A DNA stretch of 36,174 bases, from the IMG/VR virus record IMGVR_UViG_3300031949_000111, positions 1 to 36,174 of that record. One strand, given 5' to 3'. Below, piece after piece: positions 26,463 through 35,052 of the stretch. Under the pieces are notes generated by a model. That model saw nothing but the letters and a program-made list of their open reading frames with translations, searched no databases and was not told the DNA's origin. Numbering within the stretch: position 1 is the stretch's first letter; each line of letters opens with the position of its first letter. The position numbers were made by a program, and so were the translations under genes. Origin of the DNA: a virus. Its lineage: Duplodnaviria > Caudoviricetes.

Positions 26463-26623
26463 GCAGTGAATCAGTTGGACGGGGAGACGGCGGAACTCCG
26501 GTAAGTCCTTCGGAACGCGAGATGAGCGCGAGGGGAGCCCTCATCACCTACCCGGGATTGGTGGCACATGGCTGTGGCAAACCCCAGGCCCGTGCGACCT
26601 CGTCCGACTGATCCACTGCCTAG
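26459..26623. ncRNA. Candidate structured ncRNA or MITE-like element (165 nt)
   Basis: 26-nt terminal inverted repeat (26459-26484 / 26598-26623; 23 Watson-Crick pairs, 2 G-U and 1 A-C on +) enclosing additional hairpins; CTAG at both ends. Confidence 0.5.
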
Positions 26624-26642
26624 AACCTATGGTAGTGCTGTT

Positions 26643-27008
26643 TCACGACGGCACCTGCACGATGGTCTTCTCTGGCCCAGGACCGCGGTCGATCTCCACA
26701 CACCAGTGAGACGGAGCCTTAGCTGCTTCACGTTCCGCCCCCGTCTTGCAGTGATCGCACGCAAACACCTGGGATACGCGGAGAAACTTCCCGGTCTTGA
26801 AATCCACAACCGGAAGCGATCCGTACTCGGCCTGCAGACGCATGACGAACTGAGCCGACGTCTGCAACATCTCCACGAGCGGCGCGAAGACACGGATCAT
26901 GATGGCGGCCGGCTGCCCACACAGGCACTTTCCGCCCATCAAGCGTCGATGAATCTCGTCCGCAGCGCGGCCCTTGAAGAGTTTCTTGCTGTGGATTTTC
27001 TCGCTCAT
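26643..27008 (-). CDS. Hypothetical putative zinc-binding protein in portal operon
   Basis: Start MSEKIHS via ATGA overlap with HAD gene; KCLCG and ACDHC. Confidence 0.65.
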   Translation of the reverse strand: MSEKIHSKKLFKGRAADEIHRRLMGGKCLCGQPAAIMIRVFAPLVEMLQTSAQFVMRLQAEYGSLPVVDFKTGKFLRVSQVFACDHCKTGAEREAAKAPSHWCVEIDRGPGPEKTIVQVPS

Positions 27009-27478
27009 GATGCTGCCCTCACCGGGAATAGATCGCCGTACGCGCGCGCGATCGCTGGCCATGTATTCGACTGAGCCCCCCAACCATACTTCATCGCGCG
27101 ATCGTCGATAAAGAGGTCAACTCCCCACGGCTTGCCTGCCTTCCCATCGTCGATCGCATCGAAGATTCCAGGTAGATCGGACTCTACAAACCGGAGCATC
27201 TGCGCATATCGCGCCCACTGAACAGGACGAGACTTCTCCCAGCGACCCCGGTCTATCTTGCGGACCCCGGCTTTCACAAGTGGATCGAGATCTGGATTTT
27301 CCAGGAGGGCTTGGTTGGCTCGCGCGGAAAGAAGGAGCAACATGTGCCCGGCCTGCTTAAGTGATTGCAGAGCTTCCCGCGCGCCAGGCATCAGATCCAG
27401 AGGAGTCGTGACGTCCTCGTAGTCACGTCCGTCCTGCTGGACTAGCGTGCCATCAAAGTCAATAGCAATCACCATCAC
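27005..27478 (-). CDS. HAD-superfamily hydrolase/phosphatase-like protein
   Basis: IAIDFDGTL (motif I), LLSAR (motif II), GKP, DLFIDDRA (motif IV). Confidence 0.8.
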   Translation of the reverse strand: MMVIAIDFDGTLVQQDGRDYEDVTTPLDLMPGAREALQSLKQAGHMLLLLSARANQALLENPDLDPLVKAGVRKIDRGRWEKSRPVQWARYAQMLRFVESDLPGIFDAIDDGKAGKPWGVDLFIDDRAMKYGWGAQSNTWPAIARAYGDLFPVRAAS

Positions 27479-29172
27479 TTACCTGCGAACTTCTTCTTGA
27501 AGGGAACCGGCGGCCGGCCCTCGTCTTCATCATCTTCCTCTTCCTCTCCGCTACCAGGCGGCATGCTGTTCATCATCTGTTCTTGCAGTTCGGCCTTTTT
27601 GGCTTCCTTCTCTTCTGCGATGACCTCCATCATGCTCTCGACGTCGTCGACGTTGAACATGTCGGCCACGTGTTCGACGGCGTGCTTCTCGTCGATCAAA
27701 CCGAGTTCCTTCGCTTTGCCGGCCGCATCGGTCGCCTTGGAGATCTCCTCCCCGGTCGGCTCGAAATATTTTGGCCACTGCATCTCCATGGAGATGCCCT
27801 TGCCAAAATCTCGGGGCGTCGACGTTCGTTTCCCTTCTTCGTCCTTCCCCATTTTCTGAGGAAGGCTGACTTGGCTGCGCACCATCTTGTCTCCGACTTT
27901 GGTGGCCGTGCCAAGACGCCTGGCCACGAGGAGCATCATCATGAGGATCTTCTTGATTCCGCGCTCTCCGTACTGCTCACGCATGACGTCGGCCTTGCTG
28001 ATCATCGATCCGTAGCTACGCTCGACTTCGGTAGCAGTGCGATTGGCCACGTCGGGATGCTCAAGAACACACTGGGCGACTTCGAGTGCCCATGCCCTCT
28101 CCCTGTCAGCCAGTTCGATTGCAGCCTTGGTGGCTGTACCCTGTAGCTCCAAGAACTTTGCATCGCCACCAGCAGGAAGTTTCAGCGTGGTCGATGATCC
28201 GGTCTTAACATCGCTGAGAGGCGCGTCGGTTTTGACGAGAAGCGTAGGGTCGCAGTTACTGATCGTTCCTCGATGAGCCTGCGCGATCAGGGCATCGATT
28301 GCCTCGATGTTATCGAAGATTCCATGGGCATCCGGATCGCCGTCGATTGAATCCAGGACGGGCATGTTCTGGATCCACACAATCGGGCAGAACCCGAAGT
28401 TGTGATCGACTCGTTTGTTCTCCTGCCAGACTGGTTCCTCATCGGTGACAGGAACCTCGTGGTAGAGAATGTCAGATTTCTCGTCGATCGTTCGACGGTA
28501 CCAATACGGAATCTCGTCCCACTCTCGGCTATCTGGATCGTAGACCTCTTTGGGAAACTGGTACTTGATCTCGATCTTCTTCAGCTTCAGCGCATGGCGA
28601 TCTTCGAAGTCAGGGATGATCCACCGCGGGTCGTGGACTTCGACGATCGGCTGACCATCGACGAACTGGAACCCAAGAACTGCGGTGCCCGTGGCCCCGC
28701 CATAGGTACGAGCCAAGATCATGTGAGCCCACAGGCCCGTGGCCTTGATCAGCGCACTGACGTAATCCTCTGTCGCTTCGTCGTCTTCGACCTTCACGCG
28801 CGGATGTAGACGCTCTGAGAACAGAAGCCCTGTGAACCTATCGACGATCACCTTGGCCAGGTGGTACGGGGACGTCGGCTTCCTGAACTTGAGAGGAAAC
28901 GCATTCATCTGTCCGCCGGCGTCGTAGAACCCCGGGGGTAGGAATCCGGCGGTCGCAATGGCTTCGCGTTCCACTGCTCCAACGCGCTCCTTGCCGTCCC
29001 AGTCCAGGCGGCACGTCTCGTAATTCATGCAGCGATAGAACGCCCAGAGGCGGTTCAGCTCCTGCTGACGGGGGGACATGCCAAGCCTCTTGAGCTTGGC
29101 CATGACCTGATCGGCTACCGGGCCAGCCAGCTTTCGGCCAGCGCTGGGGTCGTAACGGGTGCCTGACGACAC
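27475..29172 (-). CDS. Portal protein
   Basis: 565 aa; AKVIVDRFTGLLF, HNFGFCPIVWIQN typical of SPP1 gp6-like portals; acidic C-tail; downstream of terminase. Confidence 0.85.
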   Translation of the reverse strand: MSSGTRYDPSAGRKLAGPVADQVMAKLKRLGMSPRQQELNRLWAFYRCMNYETCRLDWDGKERVGAVEREAIATAGFLPPGFYDAGGQMNAFPLKFRKPTSPYHLAKVIVDRFTGLLFSERLHPRVKVEDDEATEDYVSALIKATGLWAHMILARTYGGATGTAVLGFQFVDGQPIVEVHDPRWIIPDFEDRHALKLKKIEIKYQFPKEVYDPDSREWDEIPYWYRRTIDEKSDILYHEVPVTDEEPVWQENKRVDHNFGFCPIVWIQNMPVLDSIDGDPDAHGIFDNIEAIDALIAQAHRGTISNCDPTLLVKTDAPLSDVKTGSSTTLKLPAGGDAKFLELQGTATKAAIELADRERAWALEVAQCVLEHPDVANRTATEVERSYGSMISKADVMREQYGERGIKKILMMMLLVARRLGTATKVGDKMVRSQVSLPQKMGKDEEGKRTSTPRDFGKGISMEMQWPKYFEPTGEEISKATDAAGKAKELGLIDEKHAVEHVADMFNVDDVESMMEVIAEEKEAKKAELQEQMMNSMPPGSGEEEEDDEDEGRPPVPFKKKFAGK

Positions 29173-29205
29173 GTCGCTATCTTACACAGGATGGGGGAGA
29201 GAAAC

Positions 29206-29541
29206 CTAGGGGTAGTATCTGTCGTACAACACGATCAGGCTTTCTCCATGAGAATGCATGAGACGAATTCTGGATTTGCCATCTAGAAGTTCTTCAAAAC
29301 CGATCTTCAACTGATCTGGATTGGTCCCGCTGAAGATCTGGATACATTCCTTGATCTCGGATGGCAGAATTTCATCTGAGGCAGTCGCCGTCTTCTTCCT
29401 GTCTGCCATCTGAGACAAATCAACGATCGGAATCTCGGCCGCTGAAGACGAGATGTCAGGCGTCAGCGGCATCCCCTGCTTCTGTTCCCTGGGGATCTTC
29501 GAATCGTGGTCCAGTGCCTGCTCCAGCTCTTCGCCGTCCAT
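29206..29541 (-). CDS. Hypothetical protein
   Basis: Frame open 29206-29598; start uncertain, ATG at 29541 favoured (possible leaderless -10 seven nt upstream). Confidence 0.45.
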   Translation of the reverse strand: MDGEELEQALDHDSKIPREQKQGMPLTPDISSSAAEIPIVDLSQMADRKKTATASDEILPSEIKECIQIFSGTNPDQLKIGFEELLDGKSRIRLMHSHGESLIVLYDRYYP

Positions 29542-29597
29542 GCGACGTATCATGCCATGACGAACGACGTACGACAAATGATCTGGGGCTCCTAGCA

Positions 29598-29768
29598 TTA
29601 CCGTCCTCCCTGCCCATCAGAAACCGGTTTTTCCAGAGCAAATTCTCTGCAACACCATTCTTCGAAGGTTATGTACAGACGTTCGGGATCCGACGCCCAC
29701 TTTCGCATGATGACCTCCATCTGACCCGCAAAGGGATGAAGGTGGAGTTCTATGGATGGATCGCCCAT
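29598..29768 (-). CDS. Hypothetical protein
   Basis: MGDPSIELHLHPF..., TAATG coupling with upstream zinc-ribbon gene. Confidence 0.45.
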   Translation of the reverse strand: MGDPSIELHLHPFAGQMEVIMRKWASDPERLYITFEEWCCREFALEKPVSDGQGGR

Positions 29769-30040
29769 TAGATTCGCGGTGTCTTCGGCAGTCCGGCAAG
29801 TCCCTTCGCCAGCTTCTTGAACTCGTCGATGTTCTCCTTCCGCCATCGCGGCGCAAACGGCCTCGGGCACAACTCGCCGTCCTGCCAATGATCACCGCAT
29901 GACAAGCACCGCTGCCACCATCCGTAATATTCCTCGAACGTACAGGCCATCCGTGTGCGCGTCTTGCACGTTGGGCATTTTGCGCGGCGAAGGCGAAACG
30001 CCACGAAGCGAGGTACGGAGATGTGAAACTCGCCGGTCAA
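29768..30040 (-). CDS. Zinc-ribbon protein
   Basis: CPTC...EEYYGWWQRCLSCGDHWQDGE...RPFAPRWR; start uncertain. Confidence 0.6.
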   Translation of the reverse strand: MTGEFHISVPRFVAFRLRRAKCPTCKTRTRMACTFEEYYGWWQRCLSCGDHWQDGELCPRPFAPRWRKENIDEFKKLAKGLAGLPKTPRI

Positions 30041-30205
30041 ATCTCGTCCTCAGGCGCGGCCGTGATGGCGCGGCGTAGACGCATGGAGGTCGACCGTTGT
30101 ATTCCGACGGAGAAGCCGGTGATAAATACTGCCGCTACGTGGGCCTCGTCATCCTCGGCCATCTCCGCCGCCGCTGCGAGCACGACGCGGATCGCGGATA
30201 CGACG

Positions 30206-30361
30206 ATGCACATGAAAGACGATGACTGCACAGTGGACGCCGATGGCCAGTGCGCGGTGTGCGGCGTCTCGCACACAGCCACATGCCCGGAATGTGGCGG
30301 CAGGGGCTTTCACAAAGCGAACTGCGTCGACAATGATGAACGCACGGATGTGACCGAGTAA
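30206..30361 (+). CDS. Small zinc-finger protein
   Basis: MHMKDDDCTVDADGQCAVCGVSHTATCPECGGRGFHKANC; antisense to neighbours; start uncertain. Confidence 0.45.
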   Translation: MHMKDDDCTVDADGQCAVCGVSHTATCPECGGRGFHKANCVDNDERTDVTE

Positions 30362-30394
30362 TCCCCGCCCACGGTTTTCGGCCTCTACCGATCC

Positions 30395-31873
30395 TCACCG
30401 CGACAGAAGATCAAGTCTTCCCGTTTCCGCGATTCCCTGCGCGGCCGTCATGCCGGCGCCCTCGCGCGCGAACCACGACGCCATCGCGCGATCCCCTGTG
30501 TGCGCCTGTGGGTCGTAGAAGAGTAGCTCTTGAACCCAAGCGGCGACCTCTGGGTGCATGGCCCCCCCCTCGTTTGGGATGATCCACTTCCCCAACGACA
30601 TCTCGGCGCCGATACTTTCGATTCCGAACTCGGGATGCGCTTTGTTTCGGCCGGTCGTGAACGGCTTGATCGGGAGCGCGTGCTGGCTGCTCGCGAACTG
30701 AATGATGAAGTCCTGGGCACCGTTGTTCTCGACTATCAGGATGCTGTGGTATCGAACGTGGGTCTCGAAGATCCGACGCACGATGTCAGGCCCCGACCAT
30801 CTCCCGCTCTCGATGTTCAAGATTTCGTGGACTCCGTTGGAGTGCTCCAGGATCGTGAACAGTGACGTGAGATCCGCCGCGGCGTGTTTCTGCACGGCCA
30901 GGTCGACGCCCGTGTACGTCTTGCATCCCATCGGCACATGCTGAATCGCGTGGCAGAGCTTCTTTCCTTCTCCCAATTTCAACCCAACATCGATCCACTC
31001 TTGCTTGAAGCGCGCGGTTGAATCGTCGCGCGGTACGCACATGAGCTGCCTGCTGAACTCGACCGGCGTCATGGTCGCGCGTGCTTCGGCGATGCGCTTC
31101 AGAGACCATCGTTCAGGCCACCGCGGATTTCCGTTGTCGTCCAGCACCGGATATCGGTACGCATTCCACCCCGGGTTTTTGGCCCACTGGTGCATGGCAT
31201 CGTCCGGGTGATGTGCGTTCCCGATGACGATCTGTTTTGCGTTCTCGGTGAGACGTCCGGAGATATTCGCGTTGAACCAACTCCACGTTTTGTCTCGAAG
31301 GTGTGGAGTGAGCGTGTTCTCGAACGATAGAAGATCGTCGACTACCAAAAGATCGACGCGTGATCCGAGCGGGTGACCGCCGCTTCCTACCGCCTGAACC
31401 GTGGGATCCTTGGAGAAGACGTCTCGCCGTACTTGAATCGCTCCGGAGTCAGGCTTCCATCCGGTCAATGCCGGCTTCAGCCGTGGAAAAACAAGATGAA
31501 GTTCTGCGCTAGACTCGATGTACTGGCCGATCGTCTTGACGATCTTCACCGCTTGGGTGTGCGTGTCGCAGAGAACGAGAACGCGGAGACTTGGGTCGTG
31601 GCCGATCTCGTAAAGAATCCGCGCTATGGCCATTTGGGTCTTTCCAGACTCAACGTGGCCCCAGATGACCAGCCGCTTGTGCTTCGTCATCAGCTCGTGC
31701 CAAGCGGTATGAATCGGCGCGAGCGTGATGGGATCGCGCGTGCGCTCGTCGCGCATCACGAACCCGGCAAAGATGGCCGGGTCCTGCCGAGCGAGCTGGA
31801 CCATCGCCTTCCGCGTCTGTACGACGACGCGCGCGATGTCCGCCGCTAGATCAGGCGGCTTCTTTGTTTCCAT
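30395..31873 (-). CDS. terL: Terminase large subunit
   Basis: Walker A-like GHVESGKT, Walker B LLVVDD, coupling motif VIGN, RNase H-like nuclease TGVDLA, VENNGAQ, HTGDRAMA. Confidence 0.9.
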   Translation of the reverse strand: METKKPPDLAADIARVVVQTRKAMVQLARQDPAIFAGFVMRDERTRDPITLAPIHTAWHELMTKHKRLVIWGHVESGKTQMAIARILYEIGHDPSLRVLVLCDTHTQAVKIVKTIGQYIESSAELHLVFPRLKPALTGWKPDSGAIQVRRDVFSKDPTVQAVGSGGHPLGSRVDLLVVDDLLSFENTLTPHLRDKTWSWFNANISGRLTENAKQIVIGNAHHPDDAMHQWAKNPGWNAYRYPVLDDNGNPRWPERWSLKRIAEARATMTPVEFSRQLMCVPRDDSTARFKQEWIDVGLKLGEGKKLCHAIQHVPMGCKTYTGVDLAVQKHAAADLTSLFTILEHSNGVHEILNIESGRWSGPDIVRRIFETHVRYHSILIVENNGAQDFIIQFASSQHALPIKPFTTGRNKAHPEFGIESIGAEMSLGKWIIPNEGGAMHPEVAAWVQELLFYDPQAHTGDRAMASWFAREGAGMTAAQGIAETGRLDLLSR

Positions 31874-32606
31874 CAGGCGCGGGAACTGGATCTGGAATGC
31901 TCACGAGACCGCGTGCCCGAGCGATCTCGACAAGAGCTGACATGTGCGTGAACTGCTTCACCGCTTCCGTAATCGTAACCGATTCCACCTGCAGACCGAT
32001 GACTTCCGACGGCTGACCCTTCGAAAGCCTCTCTGCCTCAATGAAGGTCTTGGCGGTCTTCGCCATCTCTCCGAGAACCCCGGACATCTCGTGTAGGCGG
32101 CGAAGAGCGTCGCCGGCCGTGATCTTGAGCTTCCCCTTATCGTCAACCGATTCCAGATCCGCAGTGATGTGCGTGATCGCGTGGTCCACGAGCTTGGTTG
32201 CCACAGGCCACAGGCGGATGAGGTTCTCCAGAGCCTGCGCAGTCATCCTCCGGCCAAGGCCGAGCATGCGCGCCTCTGTGAGCAGGACGTTACTGGCCTC
32301 CAGGGCTTGCTCGGCATCGACCACGGCTTGAAGCTGTTGCACTTCCTCCCGTGCTGGGACGGAATCAGCCTTCTCTTTTAGCGCCATGCGTCTGACTGCT
32401 TTGCGACGATGCTCGATAACTTCTGAGATGGGGACGGCCCACCCATATCGAGGCCAGCCGATCTCCCACGCACGCTTGGCTGTTCGAAAATTGCACTTGC
32501 ACTTATCGGCGACGATCGCGCATGCCCCAGGATTCACCGTGAACGCTTGGACCAGCGCCTGATAGCGTTCCTTGGTAACCCAGCCCTGCTTACCGCGAAG
32601 AGCCAC
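31851..32606 (-). CDS. Putative terminase small subunit / HTH protein
   Basis: N-terminal HTH-like segment (VADKCKCNFRTAKRAWEIGW), helical C-terminus with ERLSKGQPSE; overlaps terL start. Confidence 0.55.
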   Translation of the reverse strand: MALRGKQGWVTKERYQALVQAFTVNPGACAIVADKCKCNFRTAKRAWEIGWPRYGWAVPISEVIEHRRKAVRRMALKEKADSVPAREEVQQLQAVVDAEQALEASNVLLTEARMLGLGRRMTAQALENLIRLWPVATKLVDHAITHITADLESVDDKGKLKITAGDALRRLHEMSGVLGEMAKTAKTFIEAERLSKGQPSEVIGLQVESVTITEAVKQFTHMSALVEIARARGLVSIPDPVPAPDGNKEAA

Positions 32607-32694
32607 TTCTTAACGTATACGATATTTGTACGTTTCTTGCACCCCTCCTAGTGAGGATCTGATTGTGCGCCGCACCGTTCAGGCATATCCTGCG

Positions 32695-33087
32695 ATGATG
32701 AAGAACCGCCTGCCGCTGCCATTTTTCCTCGCCGCCCTCTCTCTCTTTCTGGCGATTCCAGCGTGCCCACAGCCGATACCGGAACCTGGCAAACCTGGCC
32801 TCATCGACTGCGCGACGGACGCGGTCAAGAGCCATGCGATCTCCATGATTCCGAAGGTGAACGAGTGCCTCTCTCGGGTCTTGTCGGGCGACGTTGCCGG
32901 CTGCCTCATCTCGCTCATCAGCCCGGTGGCGGGCATCGGACAAGACACGATTGCATGTCTCGTGCGGTCGCAGGGTAGCTCTTTTGCTGCCTCTGCTAGC
33001 GCAAACCCGAACGATCAAGTCAGCACACGCGCAGCAGAAAACGCTCGCGTCTTCATTCGGGATCGCGGATACGTTTTCTCAAACTGA
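32695..33087 (+). CDS. Putative lipoprotein/secreted Cys-containing protein
   Basis: MMKNRLPLPFFLAALSLFLAIPAC signal peptide with lipobox-like Cys; further Cys in mature part. Confidence 0.6.
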   Translation: MMKNRLPLPFFLAALSLFLAIPACPQPIPEPGKPGLIDCATDAVKSHAISMIPKVNECLSRVLSGDVAGCLISLISPVAGIGQDTIACLVRSQGSSFAASASANPNDQVSTRAAENARVFIRDRGYVFSN

Positions 33088-33800
33088 TGCGCCTCGACGG
33101 CTACACCCCGCCGCTCCACTGCGCCGTGGTGAACCACTCATCGCTGGCGAAGGACGAGGAGATATCGTTCTGGTGTGAGGCTGTCAACAAACAGATTCGC
33201 GAGCATGTTGCTCCTGCCTGGCAAGTGCCTCCAATGGCCGTGGTCTTCTACGGCCCCTCGGTCAAGATCCCATCCGATCAGGCGGCTGTGATCGGCATCG
33301 TTGATGATGACAACAATTCGGAAAGCGCGGGCTATCACACGCAGCTTGGCGATCTGGTCTACGGCCTCGTGGACATGTCGCAGTCGTCTATTCCATCACG
33401 TGTGCTCAGCCACGAAGCACTTGAGATATTCACGGATGCTTTTCTCGATCGTCTGGTCAACGGACCAGATAGTCTGAAATATTTCACCGAATGCGCCGAT
33501 CCGTGCCAGGCCGACGGCTACAAAGTCCCCGTGACCTTGTTCGGCGTGAGCAAGGATGTGACCGTCTCCGATTTTTGTTTGCCCGCTTGGTACGATCTGC
33601 CGAGCCTGGAGACCGCCGTCGGTCCCTACAACCGCCTGGGGACGATGACCAGACCGTTCGAGATCGCCTATGGAGGCTACGCGCTGGCCCAGGATGAGAA
33701 GGGCCGCGTGCTGTTCCTGTCGCACGCCAAGGGCGCCATGATGTCCGCGGCGAAGATGAACCGAACCTCACGGACGAGCCGGATCGTCAGGACCGCGTAG
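33087..33800 (+). CDS. Putative zinc metallopeptidase-like protein
   Basis: AGYH, SHEALE (HExxE), ECADPCQ, VSDFCLPAW; TGATG coupling with lipoprotein gene. Confidence 0.55.
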   Translation: MRLDGYTPPLHCAVVNHSSLAKDEEISFWCEAVNKQIREHVAPAWQVPPMAVVFYGPSVKIPSDQAAVIGIVDDDNNSESAGYHTQLGDLVYGLVDMSQSSIPSRVLSHEALEIFTDAFLDRLVNGPDSLKYFTECADPCQADGYKVPVTLFGVSKDVTVSDFCLPAWYDLPSLETAVGPYNRLGTMTRPFEIAYGGYALAQDEKGRVLFLSHAKGAMMSAAKMNRTSRTSRIVRTA

Positions 33801-34034
33801 CGGTTCCATCTGGCAGTCCGAGACGTGGCACACAGGATTGGGGAATGGCTTGTCGTCCGCGTCGAGTGCCCACAAGGTGGGCCAACAGGTGCAGCCTGCT
33901 ATGTCACAGAAGCAGGGTTCCGGGTCTTTGAGGTGCTCGCGGTTCTCGGGAGTGTCCGGAATCAGGCAGCGCAGGGCCGATCCGACGAACCCGGCATTGG
34001 CCTTCTTCCAAACGCGATCTCCAATGATGTGCAT
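33768..34034 (-). CDS. Hypothetical Cys-containing protein
   Basis: 88 aa downstream of sigma-r4 gene. Confidence 0.5.
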   Translation of the reverse strand: MHIIGDRVWKKANAGFVGSALRCLIPDTPENREHLKDPEPCFCDIAGCTCWPTLWALDADDKPFPNPVCHVSDCQMEPLRGPDDPARP

Positions 34035-34043
34035 GGCCTTACT

Positions 34044-34424
34044 TCAGTCAAGAAATCCCGGGAAGAATTCCCGCGACCGTCTTCGCAAATGAATGAGGGC
34101 AGACTTTTCTATCTGCCTCACACGTTCTCGCGTCACCGAAATCAAAACACCTACTTGTTCCAAAGTCATGGAACCAGACTCTGCGATCCTTTTCACACAG
34201 GTTTCTCCTTCATCTGACTCCATTCGGTAGCGGCAAAGCGTGGAAGGGCATGGGTTTGGGAGCCTGCGGCAGGCGGTGCCAGTTACCTGGTCGATATCGA
34301 TTGTCCCGATAGGTAAGTCGGTCTCCCAGATCACGAACTTCCGATAGTGAACCCGGCACAGGTCCAAGCTGTAGAGGCCGCCCGGAGGTTGGTCGCATCC
34401 AGGAAAAATACAGGAGCTGTCCAT
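34044..34424 (-). CDS. Sigma70 region-4-like HTH protein with Cys-rich N-terminus
   Basis: MTLEQVGVLISVTRERVRQIEKSALIHLRR closely matches RpoD region 4.2 (TLEEVG...VTRERIRQIEAKALRKLR). Confidence 0.8.
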   Translation of the reverse strand: MDSSCIFPGCDQPPGGLYSLDLCRVHYRKFVIWETDLPIGTIDIDQVTGTACRRLPNPCPSTLCRYRMESDEGETCVKRIAESGSMTLEQVGVLISVTRERVRQIEKSALIHLRRRSREFFPGFLD

Positions 34425-34427
34425 CGA

Positions 34428-34763
34428 TTATCCAGGCGCTGGAACAAGACAGCCGCGAAACAGGAACCCGCCGACAAACAACCCGATGGCGACCATCGTC
34501 ATCACTCGCAACGCCTGCTTCATGGGCTTCCCGTCAAGTTCCTGCATGACCTCGGCCAAGTAGGCATCGCACGCGATCTTTCCCATCCAGACCGCTCCAC
34601 GAATGTGACCTTGGACGAAAGACTCCTTCACGGCCGTGGTGATCATCTCACCGAGTTCCGGACCAAACGCTGGGGTGACGACGCCATCCATGCCAGCTAC
34701 TTTTTCGCGCGCTACCCGCTCTGACATCTCCAGAGCATCGCGCATGGTGGCGTGCATCGTCAT
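34428..34763 (-). CDS. Hypothetical membrane-anchored protein
   Basis: ATGA-coupled start; C-terminal hydrophobic helix VMTMVAIGLFVGGFLF. Confidence 0.5.
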   Translation of the reverse strand: MTMHATMRDALEMSERVAREKVAGMDGVVTPAFGPELGEMITTAVKESFVQGHIRGAVWMGKIACDAYLAEVMQELDGKPMKQALRVMTMVAIGLFVGGFLFRGCLVPAPG

Positions 34764-34876
34764 GACGGCTGGTGCCTGTCCGGCTTTGCCCCCATGCACA
34801 GGACCATCTGGGCCAGCAGCGTCTCCGGGAACACCAGGGAGAAGTAGCTCCGCGCGAACAGGCGCTTCCAGATCAT
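34760..34876 (-). CDS. 38-aa hypothetical protein
   Basis: AAAGGAG RBS and ATGA overlaps on both sides. Confidence 0.4.
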   Translation of the reverse strand: MIWKRLFARSYFSLVFPETLLAQMVLCMGAKPDRHQPS

Positions 34877-35052
34877 GCGTCTCCTTTGGAAAATTTCAAC
34901 AGGACCTCGGCGAGTTTGAACGCTTGATCCGGTCGCATGACGACATGAAATACTTCGCCCTCTTCGCGGAGGTATTTTTTTGGAATCGTCAAGCCGATAC
35001 CAGGCTCGCCGAGATCGTTCACGAGGGCCGTTACACCGATCTGCGCGCTCAC
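34873..35052 (-). CDS. Hypothetical protein (59 aa)
   Basis: GTGA overlap with upstream gene; VSAQIGVTALVNDLGEPG... Confidence 0.5.
   Translation of the reverse strand: MSAQIGVTALVNDLGEPGIGLTIPKKYLREEGEVFHVVMRPDQAFKLAEVLLKFSKGDA

Noticed and set aside
26459-26623. Assignment to RNase P, SRP, tmRNA, 6S, c-di-GMP-I riboswitch or a complete retron
   Set aside because: Diagnostic motifs (GAGGAAAGUC, SRP helix 8, tRNA-like ends) were not seen. GGCAAACC is present without the rest of the riboswitch, and no reverse transcriptase is encoded in the window.
30037-30282. Minus-strand 81-aa ORF between terL and the zinc-ribbon gene
   Set aside because: No clear RBS or motif and partly overlaps a more protein-like plus-strand zinc finger; not excluded but unsupported.
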